Assembly: GCA_016212085.1 (NCBI GenBank)
Contig: JACRHL010000012.1
Location: 18,459-82,458 of the forward strand
DNA: 64,000 nucleotides
Origin: Nitrospirota bacterium
Lineage (GTDB): Bacteria > Nitrospirota > JACRHL01
Reading direction: 5' to 3'
Part shown: positions 18,764-27,298 of the stretch, piece by piece
Numbering within the stretch: position 1 is the stretch's first letter
How the letters are laid out: the number at the start of each line of letters is the position of its first letter
Notes under the pieces: model-generated
Told to the model about the DNA's origin: nothing
The model's input: only the letters and a program-made list of their open reading frames with translations
The model's database searches: none
Translations under genes and position numbers: made by a program

Positions 18764-19162
18764 ATGCCCGATACCCTTTCCCTGCTTGAGCAACAACACG
18801 CCGACTACCAGATCCTGCTGAACGCCACCCTGTCCCTCCTGTCCGGCCCCATGGAGGCGGATGCGGTGCGGGCCTACCTGGCGCAGCGGGAACGCGGCCT
18901 CACGGCCACCGGCCACCGCGAGGCCGCCCTGACCGCCGCCCTGGCGCGGCCCGTGTCCGACAAGGTGGTGGCCGCCGTCCACGCCTACCGGGAGCTTCTC
19001 GAGACCCTGGTCGATGCGGAGCGGCGCCTGTTGGCCGCCGCCGAATCGCTGCACACCACCCTGGGTGACGAGTTGCGCCAGCTTGGCCACGGCTACCGCG
19101 CCCTGGGCGGTTACAAGGGCCCCGAGCGGGGCGCCGCGCGGGCCATCAACCAGCGGGTCTGA
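18764..19162 (+). CDS. hypothetical helical protein in the FliT position (FliT-like chaperone?)
   Basis: ORF track; ATG immediately follows the fliS stop. Helical ~132 aa. Assigned by position only. Confidence 0.45.
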   Translation: MPDTLSLLEQQHADYQILLNATLSLLSGPMEADAVRAYLAQRERGLTATGHREAALTAALARPVSDKVVAAVHAYRELLETLVDAERRLLAAAESLHTTLGDELRQLGHGYRALGGYKGPERGAARAINQRV

Positions 19163-19282
19163 GCCGCCCCGCGCCGCGCGGGCGGGCCCACCGCCCGGCA
19201 CGTTTGGATGTTCCCGCCGTTCGGCTTCGGTTGTGCGGCCGGCGCCGTCCCGCCCCATTGCTTGTGTTTTACGGCAGCCGCT

Positions 19283-19298
19283 GGGCACAATGCCCGCT
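19283..19298 (+). promoter_or_regulatory. weak sigma-54-type promoter candidate
   Basis: gGGCACa-atgc-ccGCt with correct GG/GC spacing, ~75 nt upstream of ATG 19370. The -12 element is poor. Confidence 0.25.
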
Positions 19299-19369
19299 TG
19301 GGCGCCAACACCCGCCGTCCGGGCGGGGGAGGTGCCCGTTCCGATGCGGTTAGGGGAAACACGGGCCCG

Positions 19370-21463
19370 ATGCGCCACAGCGCCACATCCGACATGCCCG
19401 CCGGCAACCCGCCCGGACGCGCCACCCAGCTTGGCTCGCGGGCCATCCTCGACAGCCTTCAGGCGTTCAGCGAGGTGGCGACGGGGCTCGCCGCCGAGTC
19501 CGGCGTGGAGGCCATCTGCAACCAGGTGGTGGCGGTACTGAAGGCGCGCCTGGGCCTCAAGAGCTGCTCGATCATGCTGCTGGCCGACGACGACCGCAGC
19601 ACGCTCGTCAACGTGGCGGGCACGTCGCCGCGCAAGGCGGGCGCGGCGCGCCCCGCGGAGCACCGGCGCTTCCGGGTGGGCGAGGGGGTGGCCGGCGCCG
19701 TGGTGGCCGGGGGCCAGGCGATCCTGGTGCCCGACACCGCGCGCGACCCGCGCTTTCAGGGGGGGGCGGCACCGGTGGTGCGCTCCTTGCTGTGCCTGCC
19801 CATCAACGCCGGTGGCGCCAGCATCGGCGTGCTCAACCTGAGCCACGCGGAGCCCGGCTTCTTCCACGACGATCACCGCACCGTATTCGCCATCCTCGCC
19901 ACCATACTGGGCAAGCTGGTCGCCGAGGCGCGCCTGCGCAACGACCTGGCGCGCTTCAACCAGGAGCTGGAAAGGCAGGTGGCGGCGCGCACCCACGAGA
20001 TTCAGGCCTCCCACGCCTATCTGGAACAGATCCTGGGCCAGGCCAGCGACATCATCCTCACCGTCGACTGGCGCGGGCGCATCACCTTCGCCAACCGGCG
20101 CGTGGCCGACCTGGGGCATGACGCCGCCGCGGTCCAGGGCCTGCCGTTCTCCATGCTGTGCACCGACGGGGCCCTGCCGGCGCCACTCATGGACGCCATG
20201 GCCGGGAGGGTGGCGCGCAACGTGGCGCTGACCCTGCGCGGCCAGGGCGTCCACCGGCTCGATACCCTGTGCAGCTTCTCGCCCATGGAGGACGCCGGGG
20301 GAGGCCAGGGCGCCCTGGTGCTGGTGCGCGACGTGACCGGCATCCGCCAGCTCGAGGCCCAGGTGCGGCGCATGGACAAGCTTACCGCCATCGGCACGCT
20401 GGTGTCGGGCATCGCCCACGAGATCAACAACAAGCTGGTGCCGATCCTGGTCTACTCGGAACTGCTGCAACGCTCCCAGCTTTCCGAGAACGACCTGCGC
20501 CTCATCCAGACCGTGCACAAATCCGCCACCGGGGCCCGCCACATCATGGACTCGCTGCTGCGCTTCTCGCGCCAGGAGCCGCCCAAGAATCGCGTCTGCT
20601 CCCTGAACCAGGTGGTGCGCGACGTGGCCGGCATGGTGCAGTTCCGCGGCAAGCGGCAGGACATCACCCTTTCCTGCGAGCTTGCCGACGCCCTCCCCGA
20701 CGTGTACATGGACGAGCACCAGATCGGCCAGGTGGTGCTGAACCTGCTCAACAATGCCTACGACGCGCTGGAGGGCGCCGGTGGCCGGATCATCGTGCGC
20801 ACCGGGCTTGCCGGCGCGGCGGTGCGGCTGACGGTCGCCGACGACGGCCCGGGTATCCCGCCGGAGCTGACCCAGCGCATTTTCGACCCGTTCTTCACCA
20901 CCAAGGAGGTGGGCAAGGGAACCGGCCTGGGCCTCAGCCTGTGCTACGGCATCGTGCAGGAGCACCAGGGTGATATCCAGGTGTTCAGCGGCCCGAACGG
21001 TACCCGCTTCGAGGTGACGTTGCCGCTGCGCGCCGCCGCCGCCGACGCCGGATCGGCCGCCGCCGGACCCGATCGCCCCGCGCGGCGGGGCCGGCTGCTG
21101 GTGGCGGCGGACGACCCGGTGCTGCTGGAGGTGCTGGAGCACGTGCTGGGCGAGCACCACCGGGTGGCCCGCGCCGTCAGCGGACAGATGGTGATCGATC
21201 ATCTCGCCGCCCACGCCACCGACGCGGTGGTGCTCGACCTGAACCTGCCGGACGTGGATGGCGCCGCCGTGCTGGACTGGCTGGCCGCCAACCGGCCGGA
21301 GCTGGTCGGGCGCGTGCTGTTTTTGAGCGGCGCGCCGGAGGACGCCGGGCGCGTGCTGGCAAACCGGGTGCCGCCGGAACGGGTGATCCCCAAGCCGTTC
21401 CGGGTGGCCGAGGTGCGCGCCGCCGTGGACGCGCTGCTCGCCGCCGGGGCCGCGCGCCCGTGA
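19370..21463 (+). CDS. hybrid sensor histidine kinase: GAF - PAS - HisKA - HATPase_c - receiver
   Basis: ORF 19208..21463 trimmed to ATG 19370. GAF-like ..[20 protein letters not shown]..; H-box ..[11 protein letters not shown]..; N/G boxes ..LLNNAYDAL.. ..DDGPGIP.. ..GTGLGLS..; receiver ..[21 protein letters not shown].. Confidence 0.88.
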   Translation: MRHSATSDMPAGNPPGRATQLGSRAILDSLQAFSEVATGLAAESGVEAICNQVVAVLKARLGLKSCSIMLLADDDRSTLVNVAGTSPRKAGAARPAEHRRFRVGEGVAGAVVAGGQAILVPDTARDPRFQGGAAPVVRSLLCLPINAGGASIGVLNLSHAEPGFFHDDHRTVFAILATILGKLVAEARLRNDLARFNQELERQVAARTHEIQASHAYLEQILGQASDIILTVDWRGRITFANRRVADLGHDAAAVQGLPFSMLCTDGALPAPLMDAMAGRVARNVALTLRGQGVHRLDTLCSFSPMEDAGGGQGALVLVRDVTGIRQLEAQVRRMDKLTAIGTLVSGIAHEINNKLVPILVYSELLQRSQLSENDLRLIQTVHKSATGARHIMDSLLRFSRQEPPKNRVCSLNQVVRDVAGMVQFRGKRQDITLSCELADALPDVYMDEHQIGQVVLNLLNNAYDALEGAGGRIIVRTGLAGAAVRLTVADDGPGIPPELTQRIFDPFFTTKEVGKGTGLGLSLCYGIVQEHQGDIQVFSGPNGTRFEVTLPLRAAAADAGSAAAGPDRPARRGRLLVAADDPVLLEVLEHVLGEHHRVARAVSGQMVIDHLAAHATDAVVLDLNLPDVDGAAVLDWLAANRPELVGRVLFLSGAPEDAGRVLANRVPPERVIPKPFRVAEVRAAVDALLAAGAARP

Positions 21464-22164
21464 CCGTGGCCGGCGGCCAGCCCCTGTCCGTCCTGGTGGC
21501 GGACGACAACCCGGACATCCTGGCCCTGTTCACCCGTGTCCTGGGGGCGCGCGGCCACCGCGTGCGGGCGGTGGCGACCATCGAGTCGGCGTTGGCGGCC
21601 CTGGCGGAGGGGGCGTTCGACCTGGCCTTTACCGAACTGTCCCTGGGCGGCGTGGACGGCGATGCCGTGCTGGCCCGGCTGCGGGAGTGCGCCACGCCGC
21701 CGCCAACCGTCATCCTGACCGGCTACGCCGGCCTGGAGCGCGCCCTCGACATGGTGAACGCCGGTGCCCACGACTACATTGCCAAGCCGTTCACACAGCG
21801 GCAGTTGGAGGTGCTGGCGGACAACGTCACCACGTTCCTGCGCCTGCGCCGGGAAAACGCGGTGTTGACGGCGGAACTGGCGGATGCCTACCGGCTCATC
21901 GGCGAGTTTTCGCGGGACAGGGATGCGCCGGCCCCGGGCGCCCCACCGGGCGGCGTCGACGCGCCGCTGCCCGTGGCGGGGGCGGGGGCGGCAACGGTGC
22001 CCGCGCTGCCGTCGCGGGAGGCCATCGCCACCTACCGGGCGGTGGCGTGGAACCCGGAGCGGGCCGCCGACCGCATCCGCGCCATGCGCGACAGCGGCGC
22101 CCTGAGCCAGGATGAGTACGAGCGGCTGTCGCGCCTGATTCCGCGCGACCTGCCCACGGTGTAA
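21460..22164 (+). CDS. single-receiver protein with Glu at the phospho-acceptor position and a SHOCT-like C-terminal motif
   Basis: ORF track (GTGA overlap with the kinase stop). ..VLVADDN.. FDLAFTELSLGGVDG (Glu where Asp57 of CheY aligns) ..ILTGY.. ..YIAKPF..; C-terminus ..IRAMRDSGALSQDEYERLSRLI. Confidence 0.8.
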   Translation: MTVAGGQPLSVLVADDNPDILALFTRVLGARGHRVRAVATIESALAALAEGAFDLAFTELSLGGVDGDAVLARLRECATPPPTVILTGYAGLERALDMVNAGAHDYIAKPFTQRQLEVLADNVTTFLRLRRENAVLTAELADAYRLIGEFSRDRDAPAPGAPPGGVDAPLPVAGAGAATVPALPSREAIATYRAVAWNPERAADRIRAMRDSGALSQDEYERLSRLIPRDLPTV

Positions 22165-22195
22165 GCCGATCAACCGAGCCTAAGGAGGGGGAACC

Positions 22196-22636
22196 ATGGG
22201 AGACAGGCGGAAGCGGGTGCTGGTGCTGGGCGGGGGGGAGGCCATGGACCGGGTGGCCGCCGGCTTGGTGGCGGAGGGTCTGGCCGTGTCGCAGGTGCTT
22301 GCGCCGGAGGATGCCCAGCGGCTGCTGGGCAAGGGCGGCTTCGACCTGGTGCTGGCCGACGGTGCCCGCGCCGAGCCCGGCGCAGCGCTGTTCCGGCCGG
22401 CCGGTCCGTTGCCGTGGCTGGTGCTGGTCCCGGAAGGGCAGGCGCCGCACCCCGCCTACGAGGGCGCGGCGCGGTTGACGCTGCCGGCGGCCGCGGGTCG
22501 GGTGGCTGCCGCCGTGGCCGAGGCCGTCGCGGCGGCCCAGCCGCCGGCGGGGCGTGCCACGCGCGCGGGGGCGTCGGACGTGGCGCCGATTCTGCCGAAG
22601 CGCAAGACCGGGGAGGGGCCGCGCCCGCGCACCTGA
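22196..22636 (+). CDS. degenerate receiver-like (pseudo-receiver) protein
   Basis: ORF track; AAGGAGGGGG RBS. KRVLVLGGG.. lacks the acidic pair; FDLVLADG retains an Asp; no conserved Lys. Confidence 0.55.
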   Translation: MGDRRKRVLVLGGGEAMDRVAAGLVAEGLAVSQVLAPEDAQRLLGKGGFDLVLADGARAEPGAALFRPAGPLPWLVLVPEGQAPHPAYEGAARLTLPAAAGRVAAAVAEAVAAAQPPAGRATRAGASDVAPILPKRKTGEGPRPRT

Positions 22637-22639
22637 CCG

Positions 22640-23062
22640 CTATTTGAGCTCCCAGGCGACCTGGAACGGGAAGGTGACCGTCACCGTCTCGCCACCCTCC
22701 GGGGTGACCGCCACCTCCACCTGCCAGTCGCCCCCCATCGAGAAATCACCCGCCGCCCGGTATTTGCCGCCGCCCTCGCCGTGGGCGTCGGTCCAGGCAG
22801 CGTCGCTGTTCATGGGCATGCCGGACATGAACAGGCGCATGCGCACCGCCGCGCCATCGAGTTTCCGGCCGTCGCGGGTTACCCACAGTTGAAAGGTGTT
22901 GTCGCCCAGCTCCGCCGGATGCGGGTCGGTGCGCACCCCGACGGACAGGCCCCCCGCCACGCGGGTCTGATCCGGGCCGGAACAGGCGCTGAACACCAGC
23001 ACCGTGGCCGCCAGGGCCAGGGCCGCCAAACTACTTGAAAAACGGCTGATTCGGATCGCCAA
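22640..23062 (-). CDS. FixH/YtkA-like lipoprotein with Met-rich motif (putative Cu(I) binding)
   Basis: ORF track; lipobox ..LVFSAC; ..RMRLFMSGMPMNSD..HGEGGGKY..FSMGGDWQVEVAV.. Confidence 0.7.
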   Translation of the reverse strand: MAIRISRFSSSLAALALAATVLVFSACSGPDQTRVAGGLSVGVRTDPHPAELGDNTFQLWVTRDGRKLDGAAVRMRLFMSGMPMNSDAAWTDAHGEGGGKYRAAGDFSMGGDWQVEVAVTPEGGETVTVTFPFQVAWELK

Positions 23063-23810
23063 GGGTGGGAACCTCCGTGGCCTCGGATTGGGTTTCCTGC
23101 GCCGGCGCCGCCGGCGGTTCCGTGTACAGCACCTTAAGCAGCGAGTCGATCTGGGCGTCGTCCAGCGGCCCGCCCTGGGAGCGGTGGAAACCGGGCATCT
23201 CGGTGCCGGGCAGGCCGTTTGTGATCACCTGGCGCAGGTGGTCGGCCATCGCCGGGGGGTACGCGCCCAGCGCCCGGGCGGTATTCCCCCGGCGCTCCTT
23301 GCCGTGGCAGAACCAGCAGGCGGACTCGTACAGCTCGACGCCGCTCAGGCCGATGTTCGGATCGTAGTGGCACTTGCCGCACTTGGGGCCGAACAGGGTC
23401 TCCCCCGCCTCGAAGCCCGCGTGCATGGAGGCGTCCACGGTGGCGGTGACCTCCAGGGTCAGTTCCGGCTCCACCGTGTCGTTGGACAGCACGGTGATGA
23501 CGCGGGTCACCTCGCCGCTGCGCGCCGACGAATCGTAGTCCACCTCGATGTAGCTGGCCTCGCCGGGCATGAGGCGCGACTTGTCGGGCAGCACGGCGGT
23601 GCAGCCGCACGGGGTGGACACGTCGTCGATCACCAGCTCCTGGTCGCCCACGTTGGAGAACGGGAAGCGGTGGGTGACGATCTTGCCTTGGGTCACCCGC
23701 CCGAAGTGGTGTTCGCGGTGATCCAGGGCGATGCGCGGCCCGCCGTCCGCCAGGGCCGGCGCGGCCCACGGCAGGACGGCCAGCAGCGCCAGCGCCAGCA
23801 GGATGCGCAT
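23031..23810 (-). CDS. DUF1573-like beta-sandwich protein fused to a c-type cytochrome domain (two CxxCH)
   Basis: ORF 23031..24266 trimmed to ATG 23810 (ATGA overlap with the upstream stop). Signal peptide; ..STPCGCT..; CGKCH and CWFCH; ..GLPGTEMPGF.. Confidence 0.8.
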   Translation of the reverse strand: MRILLALALLAVLPWAAPALADGGPRIALDHREHHFGRVTQGKIVTHRFPFSNVGDQELVIDDVSTPCGCTAVLPDKSRLMPGEASYIEVDYDSSARSGEVTRVITVLSNDTVEPELTLEVTATVDASMHAGFEAGETLFGPKCGKCHYDPNIGLSGVELYESACWFCHGKERRGNTARALGAYPPAMADHLRQVITNGLPGTEMPGFHRSQGGPLDDAQIDSLLKVLYTEPPAAPAQETQSEATEVPTLGDPNQPFFK

Positions 23811-24475
23811 CAGGCGCCCTTCCCCAGCACCTTGCCGATGACCGCCTCGACGTTGCGCAGGGAGTTGTCGTTGATCTTGATGTGGTTGTCGATGAGCAGG
23901 GTGGGCGTGCCGCGCAGGTTGATGGCCTTGGCGTCGCGCATGCCCTGTTCCATGCGCTCCTGCATGCGGTTCCCGTTGAAGCCGCTCTTGAAGGCCTCCA
24001 GATCCAGGCCGGCCTTGGCGGCCACGCCCAGCAGGATGTCGGGGCGGGTCACGTCCATGCGCAGGTCCCAGATGGTGGAAAACAGCGCCTCGCGCATGGC
24101 CTTGCCCTTGCCCTGCTCGACCGCCAGGTAGTAGGCGAGCACCGGGATGTGGGAGGCCTGCGGGTCCACCAGGGGGACGCCGACGTACTCCACCACCAGC
24201 TTGTTGCCGTATTCCTTTTCCAGGACCGGCAGCACCACCGTGTCGAAATGGTGGCAGTGGCTGCACAAGAAGTCCATGAACACGGTCAGCTTGACCTTGC
24301 CCTTCTCGTGGGTGCTGCGGCGGCCGCTGATCTCCACGTAGGGGGGGCGGTCGGGCTCGGTGGCGCTGGCCGGGGCGGCGGTGTCCGGGGCCTGCTCGGC
24401 CAGGGACGGGGCGGGCCCGCCGAGGGTGGCGGCAAGGGCCAGCACCAGGGCGGTGAGGGAAAATCGCTTGAACAT
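23810..24475 (-). CDS. DsbA-family thiol:disulfide oxidoreductase (CSHC)
   Basis: ORF 23810..25315 trimmed to ATG 24475. Signal peptide; ..VFMDFLCSHCHHF..; ..RGTPTLLID.. Confidence 0.85.
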   Translation of the reverse strand: MFKRFSLTALVLALAATLGGPAPSLAEQAPDTAAPASATEPDRPPYVEISGRRSTHEKGKVKLTVFMDFLCSHCHHFDTVVLPVLEKEYGNKLVVEYVGVPLVDPQASHIPVLAYYLAVEQGKGKAMREALFSTIWDLRMDVTRPDILLGVAAKAGLDLEAFKSGFNGNRMQERMEQGMRDAKAINLRGTPTLLIDNHIKINDNSLRNVEAVIGKVLGKGA

Positions 24476-24513
24476 GGATGGCTCCTCGCTGGGTATCGTG
24501 TGATATCGGATTG

Positions 24514-25380
24514 TCAGGCCTTGGGCAACAGGGACGCCAGCAGGGCCACGGTGGGCGCCGCGTCCCACTCGCGGATGCCGAGGGCGCGCCCCAGGATGAC
24601 CCCGTCCGGACCGATCAGGTAGGTGGTGGGCATCACCCGCACCGCGTAGGCGTCGCCGGTCACCGCGTCCGGGTCGAGCAGGATGGGCAGTTGCCAGCGG
24701 TAGCCGTGGACAAAGGTGGCCACCTCCTCCCGGGACAGGGTGTCGAGGGATACGGCCAGCACGGTCAGCCCGCGCGGGCCGAGATCGCGCGCCACCTGCT
24801 CCAGGGTGGGCATCTCCTTCACGCAGGGGGCGCACCAGGTGGCCCAGAAGTTGAGCAGCACCAGCCGCCCCTTCAGGCCCGAAAGGCGCGTGGCGGGGCC
24901 GTCCAGGCCCGGCAGGGTGAAGTCCGGTGCCCGGTGCGGCCGGTCGGCGGGGATCAGCCCCGCCGCCTGGTACGCCGCCGCGGTGGCGCCGGGTCCGGTG
25001 GCCGCATCCGCCGGCGCCTCCACGCCGGGCGCCCCGGCGCCGGACGGCACCGGGGCGGGCGCGGCGGGTTCGGCGTTTGGCGCCATCGGCTTGGCATTGC
25101 GCTTCAGGTAGGCCAGGATCAGGGCGTGTTCCGCGTCGGACATGGGCGGCACGTTCTGCGCCTTGATGTTGCTCGCCATGCGCGCCACCACGGCCTGCCA
25201 CTTGGGGTATTCCATGCGGCCCGGCTCGGGCAGCGCGTGGCACAGGCTGCAACGGCGCACGAATGCCTTGCCATCGACGGTGTCCGCCTCGGGAACCTCG
25301 AATTCCTGCATGCAACCTGTGAGGAAAAACGCGGCCAGCAGGGTGGTGGCCGCCGTTCCGCGCCGTACGGTACCGATCAT
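24514..25380 (-). CDS. lipoprotein: N-terminal heme-c (CSLCH) domain fused to a TlpA-like thioredoxin (WCAPC)
   Basis: ORF track; lipobox ..FFLTGC; ..FVRRCSLCHALPEP..; Ala/Pro linker; ..LLNFWATWCAPCVKEMP.. Confidence 0.85.
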   Translation of the reverse strand: MIGTVRRGTAATTLLAAFFLTGCMQEFEVPEADTVDGKAFVRRCSLCHALPEPGRMEYPKWQAVVARMASNIKAQNVPPMSDAEHALILAYLKRNAKPMAPNAEPAAPAPVPSGAGAPGVEAPADAATGPGATAAAYQAAGLIPADRPHRAPDFTLPGLDGPATRLSGLKGRLVLLNFWATWCAPCVKEMPTLEQVARDLGPRGLTVLAVSLDTLSREEVATFVHGYRWQLPILLDPDAVTGDAYAVRVMPTTYLIGPDGVILGRALGIREWDAAPTVALLASLLPKA

Positions 25381-25388
25381 GGCGTAGA

Positions 25389-25394
25389 ATTATA
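25389..25394 (-). promoter_or_regulatory. perfect TATAAT -10 box 8 nt upstream of ATG 25380 (leaderless-mRNA candidate)
   Basis: Minus strand reads ggggTATAATtctacgccATG. No Shine-Dalgarno and no good -35. Confidence 0.35.
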
Positions 25395-25487
25395 CCCCAT
25401 CACCCCGCAAAGCGGGCCGGGATTGCCGGTGCCGGCGCCGGACGGCGGCAGGCCGTTGACGACGCCGGGGGTGGGCCTTGGCGGGCG

Positions 25488-25634
25488 GTTGAAAAACGGC
25501 GTTTTTCGGCACGCCCGCGCCCGGTCAGGGATGTGGCGGATTTCATGCGCGCCAACGCCTGGGATCCGGAAAAACCGGAAAACCGCGATTTTCCGGTTTC
25601 GAGTTGAAAAAGGCCACGGATGGACTTCTTCACC
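25488..25634 (+). repeat. intergenic multi-hairpin repeat, copy A (upstream of hisS)
   Basis: Aligns by eye to 26993-27137 in the same orientation. Hairpins: GAAAAAC/GTTTTTC, GGATTTCA/TGGGATCC (2 G-U), AAACCGGAAAA/TTTTCCGGTTT, and a degenerate terminal hairpin. Confidence 0.7.
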
Positions 25635-25680
25635 ATCCTGTTAGTCTGTTACGCTTTTTCGCCCCCGCGAGGAGAGAACC

Positions 25681-26979
25681 TTGTCCGATTCCGCCAGCAG
25701 CCCGTCGCAGACCCAGTTCCCCGTGCAGGCCGTGCGCGGGCTGAAGGACGTTCTGCCCGACGAGAGCGCCAAGTGGCAGCGCCTGGAGGCGGTGTGCCGC
25801 GACGTTTTCGGCCGCTACGGCTTTGGCGAGATCCGCACCCCCATCTTCGAGGTGACCGGGCTGTTCGCGCGCGGCATCGGCGAGGCGACGGACATCGTCG
25901 AGAAGGAGATGTACACCTTCGTCGACCGCAACGGCCAGTCCCTGTCGCTGCGGCCGGAGGGCACCGCCGGGGTGATCCGCGCCTACATCCAGAACCAGCT
26001 CCAGCGCGAGGCGTTGACGCGCCTTTGCTATGCCGGCCCCATGTTCCGCCACGAGCGGCCCCAGGCGGGCCGCCAGCGCCAGTTCCACCAGATCGGCGCC
26101 GAGGTGCTGGGCTCCGCCAGCCCCTCCGTGGATGTGGAGCTGATCACCCTCATGGCCGACCTGTTCCGGGAATTGGAGGTCACCGGCCTGACCCTGGAGC
26201 TCAACTCCATCGGCTGCCCGGATTGCCGCCCCGCCTATGGCGAGGCGCTGGTGGCGTTCCTGGACGGGGTGCTCGATGCCCTGTGCGAGAACTGCCAGCG
26301 CCGCCGCCACGGCAACCCCCTGCGGGTGCTGGATTGCAAGGTGCCCGCCTGCGGCGAGGCCACCCGCCTGGCGCCGGTGATCACCGGCTGCCTGTGCGCG
26401 GCCTGCGCGGACCACTACCGGGCGGTGAAGGACGGCCTGGCCGCCGCCGGCGTGGCCTACCGGGAGAACCCGCGCATGGTGCGCGGCCTGGACTATTACG
26501 GCCGCACCGCCTTCGAGTGGACCACCACGGCGCTGGGCGCCCAGAACACGGTGGCCGCCGGCGGCCGCTACGACCGGCTCACGGAGCAGTTGGGCGGCCA
26601 GCCCCGGCCGGGCATCGGCTTCGCCCTGGGGGTGGAGCGGGTGCTGCTGCTGATGCGGGACGTGGTGGCGCCGGCGCCGGACCTGTTCGTGGTCATGCTG
26701 GGCGATGCGGCCGAGGCGCGCATGCTGCCGATCCTGCGCGCCGCGCGTCAGGCCGGGGTGCGGGTGGACCGGGCGTTCGACGGCGGCGGACTGAAGGCCC
26801 AGTTGAAGCGTGCCAACAAGAGCGGCGCGCGGTGGTGCGCGATCGTCGGGGAGGAGGAGCTGGCGCGCGGGGTGTGCCAGATCAAGGACATGGCCGGCCA
26901 CAGCCAGCGCGAGGTGGCGCTGGAGCACATGGTGGATGCCGTCCGCGCGGCTCTTTCCGCCCCGCGGACGGAAGGGTAG
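25681..26979 (+). CDS. hisS: histidine--tRNA ligase
   Basis: ORF track (TTG start, GAGGAGAG RBS). ..VRGLKDVLPDE.. ..FGEIRTPIFE.. ..LRPEGTAGVIRA.. ..FHQIGAEVLG.. Confidence 0.95.
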   Translation: MSDSASSPSQTQFPVQAVRGLKDVLPDESAKWQRLEAVCRDVFGRYGFGEIRTPIFEVTGLFARGIGEATDIVEKEMYTFVDRNGQSLSLRPEGTAGVIRAYIQNQLQREALTRLCYAGPMFRHERPQAGRQRQFHQIGAEVLGSASPSVDVELITLMADLFRELEVTGLTLELNSIGCPDCRPAYGEALVAFLDGVLDALCENCQRRRHGNPLRVLDCKVPACGEATRLAPVITGCLCAACADHYRAVKDGLAAAGVAYRENPRMVRGLDYYGRTAFEWTTTALGAQNTVAAGGRYDRLTEQLGGQPRPGIGFALGVERVLLLMRDVVAPAPDLFVVMLGDAAEARMLPILRAARQAGVRVDRAFDGGGLKAQLKRANKSGARWCAIVGEEELARGVCQIKDMAGHSQREVALEHMVDAVRAALSAPRTEG

Positions 26980-26992
26980 GCCCTGGCAGGCT

Positions 26993-27137
26993 GTTGAGAA
27001 ACGGCGTGTTTCGGCGCGCCTGCGGCCGGTACGGGGATGTACCGGCGGATTTCATGCACGTCAGTGATTGAAATCCGGATGAACTGGAAAACCGCGCCGT
27101 TCCGGTTTCGGGTTGAAAAAGTCCGGCCGTGGACTTT
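26993..27137 (+). repeat. intergenic multi-hairpin repeat, copy B (downstream of hisS), ending in the hisS/ihfB terminator hairpin
   Basis: See copy A. Hairpins: CCGGTAC/GTACCGG, GGATTTCA/TGAAATCC, AACTGGAA/TTCCGGTT (1 G-U). Confidence 0.7.
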
Positions 27138-27281
27138 GGGTACCTCTAATAACCGTCGCGAGCGGTGCGAGTGCAAGGCGGACTTAAGCGCAGAACCCGA
27201 GACATATCATGGTGATAGGCGAGGGTTCGAGCACCGCCCAACGCAGCAATCGCGGCGCGCAGCAGGTTATTAGAGGTGCCC
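27138..27281 (+). mobile_element. MITE-like non-autonomous element, copy 1 (144 bp, 17-bp TIR, 4-bp TSD CTTT)
   Basis: Ends are GGGTACCTCTAATAACC and GGTTATTAGAGGTGCCC. Flanked by CTTT at 27134-27137 and 27282-27285. About 90% identical by eye to the inverted copy at 37395-37537. Confidence 0.8.
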
Positions 27282-27298
27282 CTTTTTCAACAATCCGG

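Noticed and set aside
18125-21214. 1029-aa minus-strand ORF
   Set aside because: Antisense to fliS, the fliT-like gene and the sensor kinase. No recognisable domains, and the plus-strand genes have clear motifs.
25488-25680. T-box or other known leader riboswitch upstream of hisS
   Set aside because: I could not find the conserved T-box sequence or a specifier-loop arrangement. The same element also occurs downstream of hisS and upstream of glgP, which argues against a His-specific leader.
25488-27292. Integron attC / gene-cassette interpretation of the GTTGAAAAA motifs around hisS
   Set aside because: The arms have the wrong polarity for attC: GTTRRR is on the 5' arm and YYYAAC on the 3' arm. 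There is no intI, and the cargo would be an essential tRNA synthetase gene. The motifs are explained by a terminator hairpin that forms part of the repeat unit.
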